A stretch of 64,000 nt of DNA from Treponemataceae bacterium (GTDB lineage Bacteria; Spirochaetota; Spirochaetia; Treponematales; Rectinemataceae). Position 1 is the first letter of the stretch, and the number at the start of each line of letters is the position of its first letter. The position numbers and the translations under genes are program-made. This document shows, in pieces, positions 9,826 to 19,400 of this stretch. Where the stretch lies: positions 256,001 to 320,000 of the forward strand of contig CAXXGJ010000002.1 in the NCBI GenBank assembly GCA_963677895.2, in the 5' to 3' direction. Under the pieces are notes generated by a model, which saw only the letters and a program-made list of their open reading frames with translations, was not told the DNA's origin and did no database searches.

Positions 9826-11367
9826 ATGGCCAAAATGAAAGCACCCACTCCCGATGAACCGATAGAAAAACAGCTTTGGAAAGCGGCCGACAAGCTCCGC
9901 AAGAACATAGACGCCGCCGAGTACAAACATGTCGTCCTCGGCCTCATTTTCCTCAAATACATATCTGCGGCGTTCGAACGACTCCGCGCCACCCTCGTCG
10001 CGGGCCAAGGCGATTACGCGGGCGCCGATCCCGAGGACAGGGACGAGTACAAGGCCGAAAATGTCTTCTTCGTGCCCGAAGCCGCCCGCTGGTCCACACT
10101 CCAGGCCAACGCCAGGATTCCCACTGTCGGCAAGCTCGTGGATGACGCCATGGAAGCCCTGGAGAAGGATAATCCCTCCCTCAAGGACGTCCTGCCCAAA
10201 GTCTATGCCCGAGGTAATCTCGACGCCGCCAACCTGGGCGGCCTTATCGATCTCATCTCCAATATCGACTTCGGCGCCGCCAAAGAGCGGAGCGCCGACC
10301 TCTTGGGTCACGTTTTTGAATACTTCCTGGGTGAATTCGCCCTCGCGGAGGGCAAGAAGGGCGGCCAGTTCTACACGCCCCGCAGCGTCGTCGAACTCCT
10401 GGTCGAAATGCTCGAACCATACAAAGGCCGTGTTTTCGACCCCTGCTGCGGTTCGGGCGGCATGTTCGTGCAGTCTGAAAAATTTGTTCAGGCCCGACAG
10501 GGGCGGGTGGACGATATCTCCGTCTACGGCCAGGAATCGAACCTCACCACCTGGCGCCTTTGCAAGATGAACCTCGCCATACGCGGAATCGACAGCTCAC
10601 AAGTGAAGTGGAACAACGAAGGTTCCTTCCTCAACGACCTCCACAAGGATCTCAAAGCCGATTTCGTCATAGCCAATCCGCCCTTCAACGATTCCGACTG
10701 GTCTGGCGAATTGCTGCGAAAAGACGGCCGCTGGAAATTCGGCGCCCCGCCTTCGGGAAACGCCAACTACGCCTGGATCCAGCACTTTCTCCACCACCTC
10801 AAACCGGCAGGCACCGCCGGCTTCGTCCTCGCCAAGGGCTCCCTCACTTCCAAAAGTTCAGGCGAAGGCGAAATCCGCAAAGCGATTGTAGAAGCCCGCC
10901 TCGTCGACTGTATCGTCAACCTTCCGGCCAAGCTCTTTCTCAATACACAGATACCGGCCTGCCTCTGGTTCCTCTCGCGCGACAAGGCGGGCGCAGGCCA
11001 TCGCAACCGCGCCGAAGAAGTCCTCTTCATCGACGCCAGAAACGAAGGCCACCTCATCAACCGCCGCAGCAAGGAATTCGCGGCCGAAGACATCGAAAAA
11101 GTCGCCGGCGCCTACCGCGCATGGCGCGCCGGCGAAGGCTACGAGGACGTCAAAGGCTTCTGCGCCTCAGTCCCATTGAGCCGCGTGCGCGAACTCGACT
11201 ACGTCCTCACCCCCGGCCGCTACGTCGGTCTTCCCGACGAAGAGGACGACTTTGATTTCAAAGAACGCTTTACGCGTCTGAAAGCCGAGTTTGAAGACCA
11301 GCTTGCCGAGGAAGAGCGACTCAACAGAGCGATTTTGGAAAATCTGAACAAGGTAAAACTGCCATGA
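9826..11367 (+). CDS. hsdM: Type I restriction-modification methyltransferase subunit M
   Basis: [28 protein letters not shown] (SAM binding), NPPF (catalytic), LTPGRYVG. Confidence 0.97.
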   Translation: MAKMKAPTPDEPIEKQLWKAADKLRKNIDAAEYKHVVLGLIFLKYISAAFERLRATLVAGQGDYAGADPEDRDEYKAENVFFVPEAARWSTLQANARIPTVGKLVDDAMEALEKDNPSLKDVLPKVYARGNLDAANLGGLIDLISNIDFGAAKERSADLLGHVFEYFLGEFALAEGKKGGQFYTPRSVVELLVEMLEPYKGRVFDPCCGSGGMFVQSEKFVQARQGRVDDISVYGQESNLTTWRLCKMNLAIRGIDSSQVKWNNEGSFLNDLHKDLKADFVIANPPFNDSDWSGELLRKDGRWKFGAPPSGNANYAWIQHFLHHLKPAGTAGFVLAKGSLTSKSSGEGEIRKAIVEARLVDCIVNLPAKLFLNTQIPACLWFLSRDKAGAGHRNRAEEVLFIDARNEGHLINRRSKEFAAEDIEKVAGAYRAWRAGEGYEDVKGFCASVPLSRVRELDYVLTPGRYVGLPDEEDDFDFKERFTRLKAEFEDQLAEEERLNRAILENLNKVKLP

Positions 11368-12242
11368 GTGAAATTATAGCAATGCAGGAGATACAAAAGT
11401 GCATTTTTACGCTTCGTCAGACTCAGGTGATGATTGACGAGGATATCGCGGCTCTCTATGGCGTCGAAACGCGCGCCTTGAATCAGGCGGTGAAGAGAAA
11501 CAGCCAGCGTTTCCCGCCAGAATTCATGTTCCGGCTTTCGGAATCGGAGATGGAAATCTTGAGATCACAAAGTGTGACCTCAAAGTGGGGTGGTAGAAGA
11601 TATTTGCCTTTCGCCTTTACCGAACAGGGCGTGGCCATGCTGTCAGCCGTTCTTCACAGCGAAACGGCGGTAAAGGTCAGTATTCAGATCATGAGCGCCT
11701 TCGTGGCCATGCGCCGATTCCTGTTGACGAATGCGCAGGTATTCCAACGTCTGGATACTCTAGAGCTGAAGCAAATCCAAACCGATCGTAAAATCGACCA
11801 GGTTCTGGCAGCCATCGAGGATACAAGTATTCAACCAAAGCAGGGTATTTTCTATGATGGACAAGTCTTCGAAGCCTGGCGGTTTGTTTCCGATCTTGTG
11901 AGGTCGGCAAAAAAAACGATAATTCTCATCGACAATTATGTGGATGATTCGGTCTTGTCGCTCTTTTCAAAAAGGAAAAAATCGATCGCCATCACTCTCC
12001 TGACGAAAAGTATTTCCAAACAGCTTGAAATAGACGTAAAGAAATTCAATGAGCAGTATCCACCTATAACGGTTACTCAATTCAATACATCGCATGACCG
12101 CTTCCTGATTATCGATGAGATGGAATTGTATCATTTTGGGGCTTCCCTTAAAGACCTCGGAAAGAAATGGTTCGCGTTCTCGAAACTGGAAATGAAGGCG
12201 ATGGAAGTACTCGAAAACCTCAAAAAGGCGAATCTCATATGA
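11364..12242 (+). CDS. ORF6N (KilA-N-related) DNA-binding domain protein with a C-terminal PLD-like fold
   Basis: [24 protein letters not shown] and [13 protein letters not shown] (ORF6N). IDNYVD and [19 protein letters not shown] (PLD-like). Confidence 0.85.
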   Translation: MSEIIAMQEIQKCIFTLRQTQVMIDEDIAALYGVETRALNQAVKRNSQRFPPEFMFRLSESEMEILRSQSVTSKWGGRRYLPFAFTEQGVAMLSAVLHSETAVKVSIQIMSAFVAMRRFLLTNAQVFQRLDTLELKQIQTDRKIDQVLAAIEDTSIQPKQGIFYDGQVFEAWRFVSDLVRSAKKTIILIDNYVDDSVLSLFSKRKKSIAITLLTKSISKQLEIDVKKFNEQYPPITVTQFNTSHDRFLIIDEMELYHFGASLKDLGKKWFAFSKLEMKAMEVLENLKKANLI

Positions 12243-14062
12243 GAGAGTGGTCGGAAACAACACTATCGAGCTGTATACTAACCAATACAACCAGTATCGA
12301 TCAAAAATACTCCTATAAAATCATTAAATACCTCGACACTGGTTCAATTACTTGTAATAGAGTTGACTCTCTACAAGAAATAAAAATTGAAGAAGCACCA
12401 AGTCGAGCAAAAAGGTTAGTTAAGAAAGACGATATAATTTACTCATTGGTAAGGCCTAACCAGCTTCATTATGGATATATTGTTGATCCTTTACCAAATC
12501 TTGTGGTGTCAACGGGTTTTGTAGTAATTGAAAACAATAAGGAAAAAATTAACTCTCGATTTTTATACTATTTTCTTACACAAAATGAAACAACTGAGTA
12601 TCTTCATTCAATCGCTGAAGCCTCAACATCCGCTTATCCCTCGCTAAAACCAAATGACATTGAAGCGCTTGAGATTAATCTTCCCCCTCTTCCCGAACAG
12701 CGCGCTATCGCCGCAGTTCTCTCCGGCCTCGACGACAAGATCGAACTTCTGCGCCGCCAGAACCAAACTTTAGAGGCGATGGCTGAGATACTTTTCAGCC
12801 AGTACTTCGTGGAAGAGGCCGATGAAAAAGCTGTCGGGAAAATTGCAGATTTTGTGGACTTTAATCCTTCGCGTCAACTTGCAAAAGGAACAGCTGCTCC
12901 TTATCTCGAAATGACCAATGTGAGCTCGCAGTTTTTCTGCCCTGCGGAGTGGTATAGCAGAGAATATTCTTCCGGAATGAAGTTTATAAATGGCGATACT
13001 TTACTTGCGCGAATAACGCCCTGCCTTGAAAATGGAAAATCTGCCTTTGTCACCTTCCTTGAAAAAGATCAGGTAGGGTGGGGTTCTACAGAGTTTATCG
13101 TTATGCGTTCTAAAGGAAATCTTCATCCGCTGTTTTCCTATGCATTGGTGCGAAATAGAGATTTTCGCGATTATGCCGAAAGCTGCCTTGCAGGTTCGAG
13201 CGGTCGCCAGCGCATCGAAATTGAACACCTTATGAACTATGAGATAATCATTCCGACAGAGCGAGCAATACTAGAATTCAATCAGCAGATGAGCACGATA
13301 GCGCCAAAGCTTCATAGCAATTTTCTACAAATACGAACATTGGAAAAAATGCGCGATACACTTCTTCCCAAGCTCATGAGCGGCGAAGTACAAGTCAAGG
13401 ATCAAGCGTCACCTCCATCGGCAACAATCAAGACCACAATTTTTGAAAAAGAAAATGCACATAAGACAACAGACGAGTTTATTGAAGCGGTTGCGATTGC
13501 TTATTTAGTACGACTGCTCTCAAGCGAAAAGTTTCCTTTAGGCCGAAAACGTTATAATAAAATGGCTTATTTGGCACATCGAAAATCTGAAAATGATGTT
13601 CGAGACCAGTATCTAAAAAAGGCCGCAGGTCCATACAGCCCTTGGGCTAAATATAAAGGGCCAGAGCGAATAGCCATTCAGAATGGGTATGTGAAAGTTA
13701 TTAATTCCGGAAAGCTTGAAGGGTTTGTAATTGGAATAGATAACTATAAAATTGATAAGTATTTAGAGCACTATTCGATACGTTCTAGTCTGGAATGGGT
13801 TGTTAAAGAATTTCGGTACGCAAAAAACGACTATCTCGAATTGCTAGCTACTGTAGATTTTGCAGCCCTAGATTTACTAGCAGAGAAACAAAAAATTGGT
13901 GTCAACAATATCAAGTCTATTATTTTAAATAATAAAGACTGGGCTCCAAAGCTTACTCGTACAACTTTTTCTGATTTCAACATACAACAAGCGCTCGAAA
14001 AACTTGGAAGCATATTCCCGGCGATGTACAGGAGGTTGCCTCATGACACAAATCCATCCTAA
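12239..14062 (+). CDS. hsdS: Type I RM specificity subunit S fused to an extra ~220-aa C-terminal domain
   Basis: TRD1, conserved PPLPEQRAIAAVLSGLDDKIELLRRQNQTLEAMA, TRD2, LEKMRDTLLPKLMSGEV, then read-through into a non-HsdS domain. Confidence 0.92.
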   Translation: MREWSETTLSSCILTNTTSIDQKYSYKIIKYLDTGSITCNRVDSLQEIKIEEAPSRAKRLVKKDDIIYSLVRPNQLHYGYIVDPLPNLVVSTGFVVIENNKEKINSRFLYYFLTQNETTEYLHSIAEASTSAYPSLKPNDIEALEINLPPLPEQRAIAAVLSGLDDKIELLRRQNQTLEAMAEILFSQYFVEEADEKAVGKIADFVDFNPSRQLAKGTAAPYLEMTNVSSQFFCPAEWYSREYSSGMKFINGDTLLARITPCLENGKSAFVTFLEKDQVGWGSTEFIVMRSKGNLHPLFSYALVRNRDFRDYAESCLAGSSGRQRIEIEHLMNYEIIIPTERAILEFNQQMSTIAPKLHSNFLQIRTLEKMRDTLLPKLMSGEVQVKDQASPPSATIKTTIFEKENAHKTTDEFIEAVAIAYLVRLLSSEKFPLGRKRYNKMAYLAHRKSENDVRDQYLKKAAGPYSPWAKYKGPERIAIQNGYVKVINSGKLEGFVIGIDNYKIDKYLEHYSIRSSLEWVVKEFRYAKNDYLELLATVDFAALDLLAEKQKIGVNNIKSIILNNKDWAPKLTRTTFSDFNIQQALEKLGSIFPAMYRRLPHDTNPS

Positions 14063-14564
14063 CCTTTTTATCGGCACCGAACACGACTTCGAGCAAAGAG
14101 TCAAGAATCAGCCTGGCTGGTATGTCGTCCACGCATGCAAGGAACCTTACCACCGAAAGCTTTTAGGTTATACGACGCAGGGCGCTCCGAAGAGCCATCC
14201 CGAATACCTTTGGGCGAAGCGCGAAAATAGACTTTACCTCAATTTGGTAGATGTTGCCGATCCCGCGTACATTTCCGACGACATCGTTCGCGCAACGATG
14301 AAATTCATAGATGAAGCCCTCGCTACGGGAAACAAGTGCCTCGTACACTGCAATCTGGGCGAGAGCCGATCGCCAGTCCTCGGTCTTCTCTACATGGCGC
14401 ACCGAGGCCTTATCCCGAACGAGTCTCTCCCAATCGCGGAGTCTGCATTCATGAAGCTATATCCCGGTTATAACCCCAAGGCCGGTATGCGGGGCTTCCT
14501 CTCACAACATTGGGAGGAATACACTGCTCATATGTCATTTCAGGCCAAACAGGAGCTTGCGTGA
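14043..14564 (+). CDS. Dual-specificity/protein-tyrosine phosphatase family protein
   Basis: P-loop LVHCNLGESRS (HCxxGxxRS), N-terminal IHPNLFIG, SD aggagg. Confidence 0.85.
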   Translation: MTQIHPNLFIGTEHDFEQRVKNQPGWYVVHACKEPYHRKLLGYTTQGAPKSHPEYLWAKRENRLYLNLVDVADPAYISDDIVRATMKFIDEALATGNKCLVHCNLGESRSPVLGLLYMAHRGLIPNESLPIAESAFMKLYPGYNPKAGMRGFLSQHWEEYTAHMSFQAKQELA

Positions 14565-16408
14565 GTATGCTTACTCTCACTGACGTGGAATCGCTCGTCG
14601 AGTCCACCGATGTAGAGTGCAAGGCCGCTCGGGGGAAGTCCGGCGAAGGCGCAGTACCCGACAGTTTTTGGGAAACCTATTCGGCGATGGCCAATACGAA
14701 AGGTGGCATCGTCTACCTTGGAATTGAGGAGAAACCCGCAAGCATTTTCCATGTTGTGGGAATCCAGAACGTCGAAAAAATGCTCAAGGCTCTTTGGGAT
14801 ACTTTAAATGCAGGCAACAAGGTCAGCAAAAATATACTCGAACATGATGCCATTACTGTTCAGGAGATCGAGGGGAAAAGAATTATTCAAATAGCGGTTT
14901 CCCGTGCCCGCCGCAAGGATCGACCAATATATATTGGTCAGAATCCTCTTAAAGGTACCTTTGTCCGTCGTCATGAGGGTGACTATCATCTCGATGAAGA
15001 AGAAGTGCGCCGCATGACTGCCGAAGCGGTCGAGGATTCTCGGGACGAAACAGTACTACCAGACTTTAAGGTAGCTGATCTCGATATGGAAACAATTCTG
15101 AGCTATCGTAATAGATTCGCCGCGCTAAAACCAGCAAGCCCTTGGCTTGATTTGCCAGTTGAGGATTTTTTGCTGCGTATTGGTGCCGTACAAAAGAATC
15201 GCTCGACAGGTACAAATGAGGTACGTCGCGCTGGCTTGCTGATGTTCGGAAGATTCGATGCTATTCACGATGTGTATCCCTACTATTTTGTTGATTATCA
15301 GGAAAGATTATCTGCTAAATCCGATGAGCGATGGTCCGATCGCTTGGTTCCTGATGGTGATTGGTCTGGGAATCTATACGACTTCTTTCAGCGGATATAT
15401 CGAAAATTGACCGCCGACGTGAAAATTCCCTTCCGCTTGAGCGGCGCGACCAGGATCGATGATACGCCGATACATGAAGCGCTTCGAGAGACACTCGCAA
15501 ACACGCTCATTCATGCCGATTATACTGGTCGTGTTTCTGTGCTTGTGGAAAAATATCCAGACCGATTCATATTCCGGAACCCGGGACTCATGCGTGTCCC
15601 ACTAGAGCAAGCTCTTGCTGGCGGAATTAGTGATTGTCGGAACCGAAATCTTCAAAACATGTTCCGTTATGTCGGATATGGCGATCATGCGGGATCGGGT
15701 ATCCCAAAGATATTGCACAATTGGCATGAACAGCACTGGCAGGTTCCGTTTCTAACAGAAAACAATGAGCTTGGCTTTACTAAAATTGAACTGCGGATGA
15801 TTAGCCTCTTTCCTGAAGAAACGCATGAACACCTTTTATCGCAGTTTGGATCAAAGTATTCAGAAATGCCCGAACGGGACCGGATTATTCTTGTGACGAC
15901 CGCTCTTGAAGGCATGGTTACTCATAAACGGGTTATGCAACTCAGCAGCGAACATCCTAAAGATATCACCGCAAGGCTTTGCCGGCTTGTGCAAGATGGG
16001 TTCCTGTTGAAAACCGGCGAAACCCGCGCGCGGGTGTATTTCTTGCCAAGCTCCCCAGATAAGGCCTCGAGCTCCCCAGATAAGGCCTCGAGCTCCCCAG
16101 ATAAGGCCTCGAGCTCCCCAGATAGCACAGGTATATCAACGCTGGTTCAAGCTAAAATGGATGCTATTCTGTCTTCCCATGGTTGGCTCCGATTCCCTGG
16201 AAGACTTGCGCCATCAATGATGCGTGGTCTAATTCTCGATCTTTGTACAGGCGAGCCACTTGAGCTGCGGGTGTTGGCTAAGGCCTTGGCAAGGGATCCC
16301 AAAGGCCTGTATGAGGCCTATTTGAATCCAATGATCTCCGAAGGCCTTCTGGAGCTTAAGTATCCCGCGGCACGCAATCATCCTAACCAGGCCTATCGAA
16401 CTAAATAA
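14561..16408 (+). CDS. Schlafen/AlbA_2 domain + HATPase_c_4 + C-terminal HTH protein
   Basis: VECK..FWETYSAMANTKGGIVYLG (AlbA_2). ALRETLANTLIHADY, FRNPG, RNRNL..GDHAGSG (HATPase_c_4). C-terminal LLELKYP..NHPNQAY. GTG overlaps the upstream stop; alternative ATG at 14567. Confidence 0.85.
   Translation: MSMLTLTDVESLVESTDVECKAARGKSGEGAVPDSFWETYSAMANTKGGIVYLGIEEKPASIFHVVGIQNVEKMLKALWDTLNAGNKVSKNILEHDAITVQEIEGKRIIQIAVSRARRKDRPIYIGQNPLKGTFVRRHEGDYHLDEEEVRRMTAEAVEDSRDETVLPDFKVADLDMETILSYRNRFAALKPASPWLDLPVEDFLLRIGAVQKNRSTGTNEVRRAGLLMFGRFDAIHDVYPYYFVDYQERLSAKSDERWSDRLVPDGDWSGNLYDFFQRIYRKLTADVKIPFRLSGATRIDDTPIHEALRETLANTLIHADYTGRVSVLVEKYPDRFIFRNPGLMRVPLEQALAGGISDCRNRNLQNMFRYVGYGDHAGSGIPKILHNWHEQHWQVPFLTENNELGFTKIELRMISLFPEETHEHLLSQFGSKYSEMPERDRIILVTTALEGMVTHKRVMQLSSEHPKDITARLCRLVQDGFLLKTGETRARVYFLPSSPDKASSSPDKASSSPDKASSSPDSTGISTLVQAKMDAILSSHGWLRFPGRLAPSMMRGLILDLCTGEPLELRVLAKALARDPKGLYEAYLNPMISEGLLELKYPAARNHPNQAYRTK
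16049..16124 (+). repeat. Perfect 21-bp tandem repeat (3 copies + 13 nt), agctccccagataaggcctcg
   Basis: Identical units at 16049, 16070 and 16091, partial at 16112. Encodes SPDKASS. Confidence 0.95.
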
Positions 16409-16447
16409 GGAAGTAAAAGGTTTCATCGGAAAATAATAGGAAAAAAG

Positions 16448-19400
16448 ATGAAAAACAGGCTCGCGGAGTCGGATATCGAGGAATTTGCCCTTGAACTTCT
16501 GGGAAAGCGTGGCTATTGCTGGCTTTATGGCCCTGAAATAGCTCCCGATGGGGCGGCTCCCGCCAGGGCTTCGTTCGGCGAGGTGGTCCTGACCGATCGG
16601 CTCAGGGCGGCCTTGATGCGCATCAATCCATCGATCCCGCCCGATGCCCGGGAGGCGGCTCTCAAACAGCTTGTCAACCTCCACGCTCCCGATCTCGTGG
16701 CGGGCAACGAAACCTTTCATCGCCAGCTCACGGAAAACGTGAAAGTCAATTACCGGAAGGATGGCGATGTCAAGGGAGACTATGTCCAGGCCATCGATTT
16801 CGACCATCCCGAAAGGAACGAATTCCTTGCCGTCAACCAATTCACGGTGATCGAGGGCCGCGCCAACAAGCGACCCGATATTGTCCTTTTCGTGAACGGT
16901 ATTCCCCTTGTTGTCATCGAGTTGAAGAACCCCGCCGACGAAAACGCCACTGTCCATAGCGCTTTCAAACAGTGCAAAACCTACCTGCAAGAAATTCCCT
17001 CGCTCTTCACCTCGAATGGCTTTCTCGTCATCTCGGACGGACTCGATGCCCGCGCGGGAACGATCTCCTCCGATTTCGGACGCTTCATGGTCTGGAAGAC
17101 TTCCGATGGAGCGACCGAGGCGCCCGGGAACGCCAGCCAGCTCGAAACGCTTATCGCGGGGATGCTCGCGCCCGCGACCCTCCTGGATCTCGTTCGTCAC
17201 TTTATCGTCTTCGAGAAAGATAAAAAGGAAGACGCGAAGTCGAAGCAGGTCTTCATTGTGACTACCAAGAAAATGGCCGCCTATCACCAGTATCACGCGG
17301 TCAACCGCGCCGTGGCTTCGACCCTTCGTGCTTCGGGCTATGCCGCGAGGCGGACAAGCGTGGCAGCGGGACTTATAGTCCCTGAATCGCCAGAAGCCTA
17401 CGGACTTCCCGGCGTGAAAAGCCAACCGGCCGGCGATCGCAAGGGCGGCGTGGTCTGGCACACCCAGGGTTCGGGGAAATCCCTTTCGATGGTATTCTTC
17501 GCGGGCAAGATAATCCTCGCCATGGAAAATCCCACCCTCGTGGCGATAACCGACCGCAACGATCTTGACGACCAGCTCTTCGACACCTTCGCCGCCTGCC
17601 GCCAGCTTTTACGCCAGGAGCCCGTCCAGGCGGAAAGTCGGGAACACCTGAAGCGCCTCCTCCAGGTGGTTTCAGGCGGGATTGTCTTTACCACTATGCA
17701 GAAGTTCCAGCCCGAAGAGGGCAATGTCCTCCAAACCCTCTCCGACCGGGACAATATTGTCGTCATCGCCGATGAGGCCCACCGCAGCCAGTACGGATTC
17801 AAGGCCAAGACCATCGACGAAAAGGACGACGGGAAGCGCGTGATCGGCAAACGGACTGTCTACGGTTTCGCCAAATACCTGCGCGACGCCCTCCCCCTGG
17901 CAACCTACCTTGGATTCACCGGAACCCCAATCGAGAAAGCGGATGTCAACACGCCGGCTGTTTTCGGCAACTATGTGGACGTCTACGATATCGCCCAAGC
18001 CGTGGACGACCACGCGACCGTCCGGATCTACTATGAGAGCCGCCTCGCCAAAATCGCCTTGAGCGACGAGGGCAGAAAGCTTGTCGAGGATTTGGACGAA
18101 GACCTTGAAGAAGACGACCTGAGCGATTCGCGGCAGGCCAAGGCGAAGTGGACGCAACTCGAGGCGCTCATCGGAAGCCGGGACCGCATCCAGCGTATCG
18201 CCGCCGATATTGTCTGGCACTTTGAAAGGCGCATAGCGGCTATCGATGGCAAGGGTATGATCGTCGCCATGTCGCGGCGCATCGCGGCCGAACTCTACGC
18301 CGAAATCATCGCGCTGCGGCCCGGGTGGCACGATCCCGACCTGCGCAAGGGCGTCGTCAAAATCGTCATGACATCGGCCTCTTCCGATGGACCTGAAATT
18401 TCCGCGCATCATACGACCAAGAAGGAAAGGCGCGTGCTTTCCGACCGGATGAAGGATCCTGATGACCCGTTGAAACTCGTCATAGTCCGCGACATGTGGC
18501 TTACTGGCTTCGATGTCCCCTGTCTGCATACGATGTACATCGACAAGCCCATGAAGGGCCATACGCTCATGCAAGCCATCGCGAGGGTCAACCGTGTCTA
18601 CAAGGACAAGAAAGGCGGGCTTGTTGTCGACTACCTCGGCATAGCCTCCGACCTCAAGGAAGCCCTCTCCTTCTACTCGGATTCGGGCGGGAAGGGCGAC
18701 CCCGCCGCCACCCAGGAAGAGGCAGTCCGTCTCATGGAGGAAAAACTCGAAGTCGTCGCGGCGATGTTCCACGGCTTCCCCTATCGGGACTATTTCCGCG
18801 CCGGCACGGGCCGCAAGCTCTCGATTATCCTCGAGGCGGAGGAACACGTCCTGGGCCTGCCCGACGGCAAAAAGCGTTTTGTCGACGAAGTGACGGCCCT
18901 CTCGCAAGCTTATTCCATCGCCGTCCCCCACGAACGGGCCATGGAGGCGGGCGATGAAATCGCTTTCTTCCAGGCCGTGAAGGCCCGTCTTGTGAAGTTC
19001 GACCGCTCCGGAACCGGGCGGAGCGATGAGGAAATCGAAACGGCGATCCGCCAGGTCATCGATGAAGCCCTCGTGAGCGAAAAGGTCGTGGACATTTTCG
19101 ATGCCGCCGGCATCAAGAAACCCGATATCTCCATTCTCTCGGAGGATTTCCTCATGGAAGTCCGCCACATGAAGCACAAGAACATCGCCCTGGAAGTGTT
19201 GCGCAAGATAATGGGCGACGAGATATCGGCTCGTATGAGGACCAACCTGGTACAAGGAAGGAGCCTCATGGAGATGCTCGAAGCCTCCATCCGACGCTAT
19301 CACAATAAAATTGTCACCGCGGCCGAGGTGATCGAGGAGATTATCGGCTTAGGCAAGGAAATCCGGGCGATGGACGCTGAAGGCTCGGCGCTGGGCCTCA

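Noticed and set aside
16049..16124. Possible CRISPR array
   Set aside because: Units are contiguous with no spacers, lie in frame within a CDS, and no cas genes are present.
17330..17440. Insertion in HsdR before Walker A (…PESPEAYGLPGVKSQP…)
   Set aside because: Short loop-like insert with no intein or endonuclease features. From recall, similar inserts occur in other HsdR proteins.
17672..19303. 543-aa antisense ORF within hsdR
   Set aside because: Codon-bias shadow of a GC-rich gene, with no recognisable motifs.
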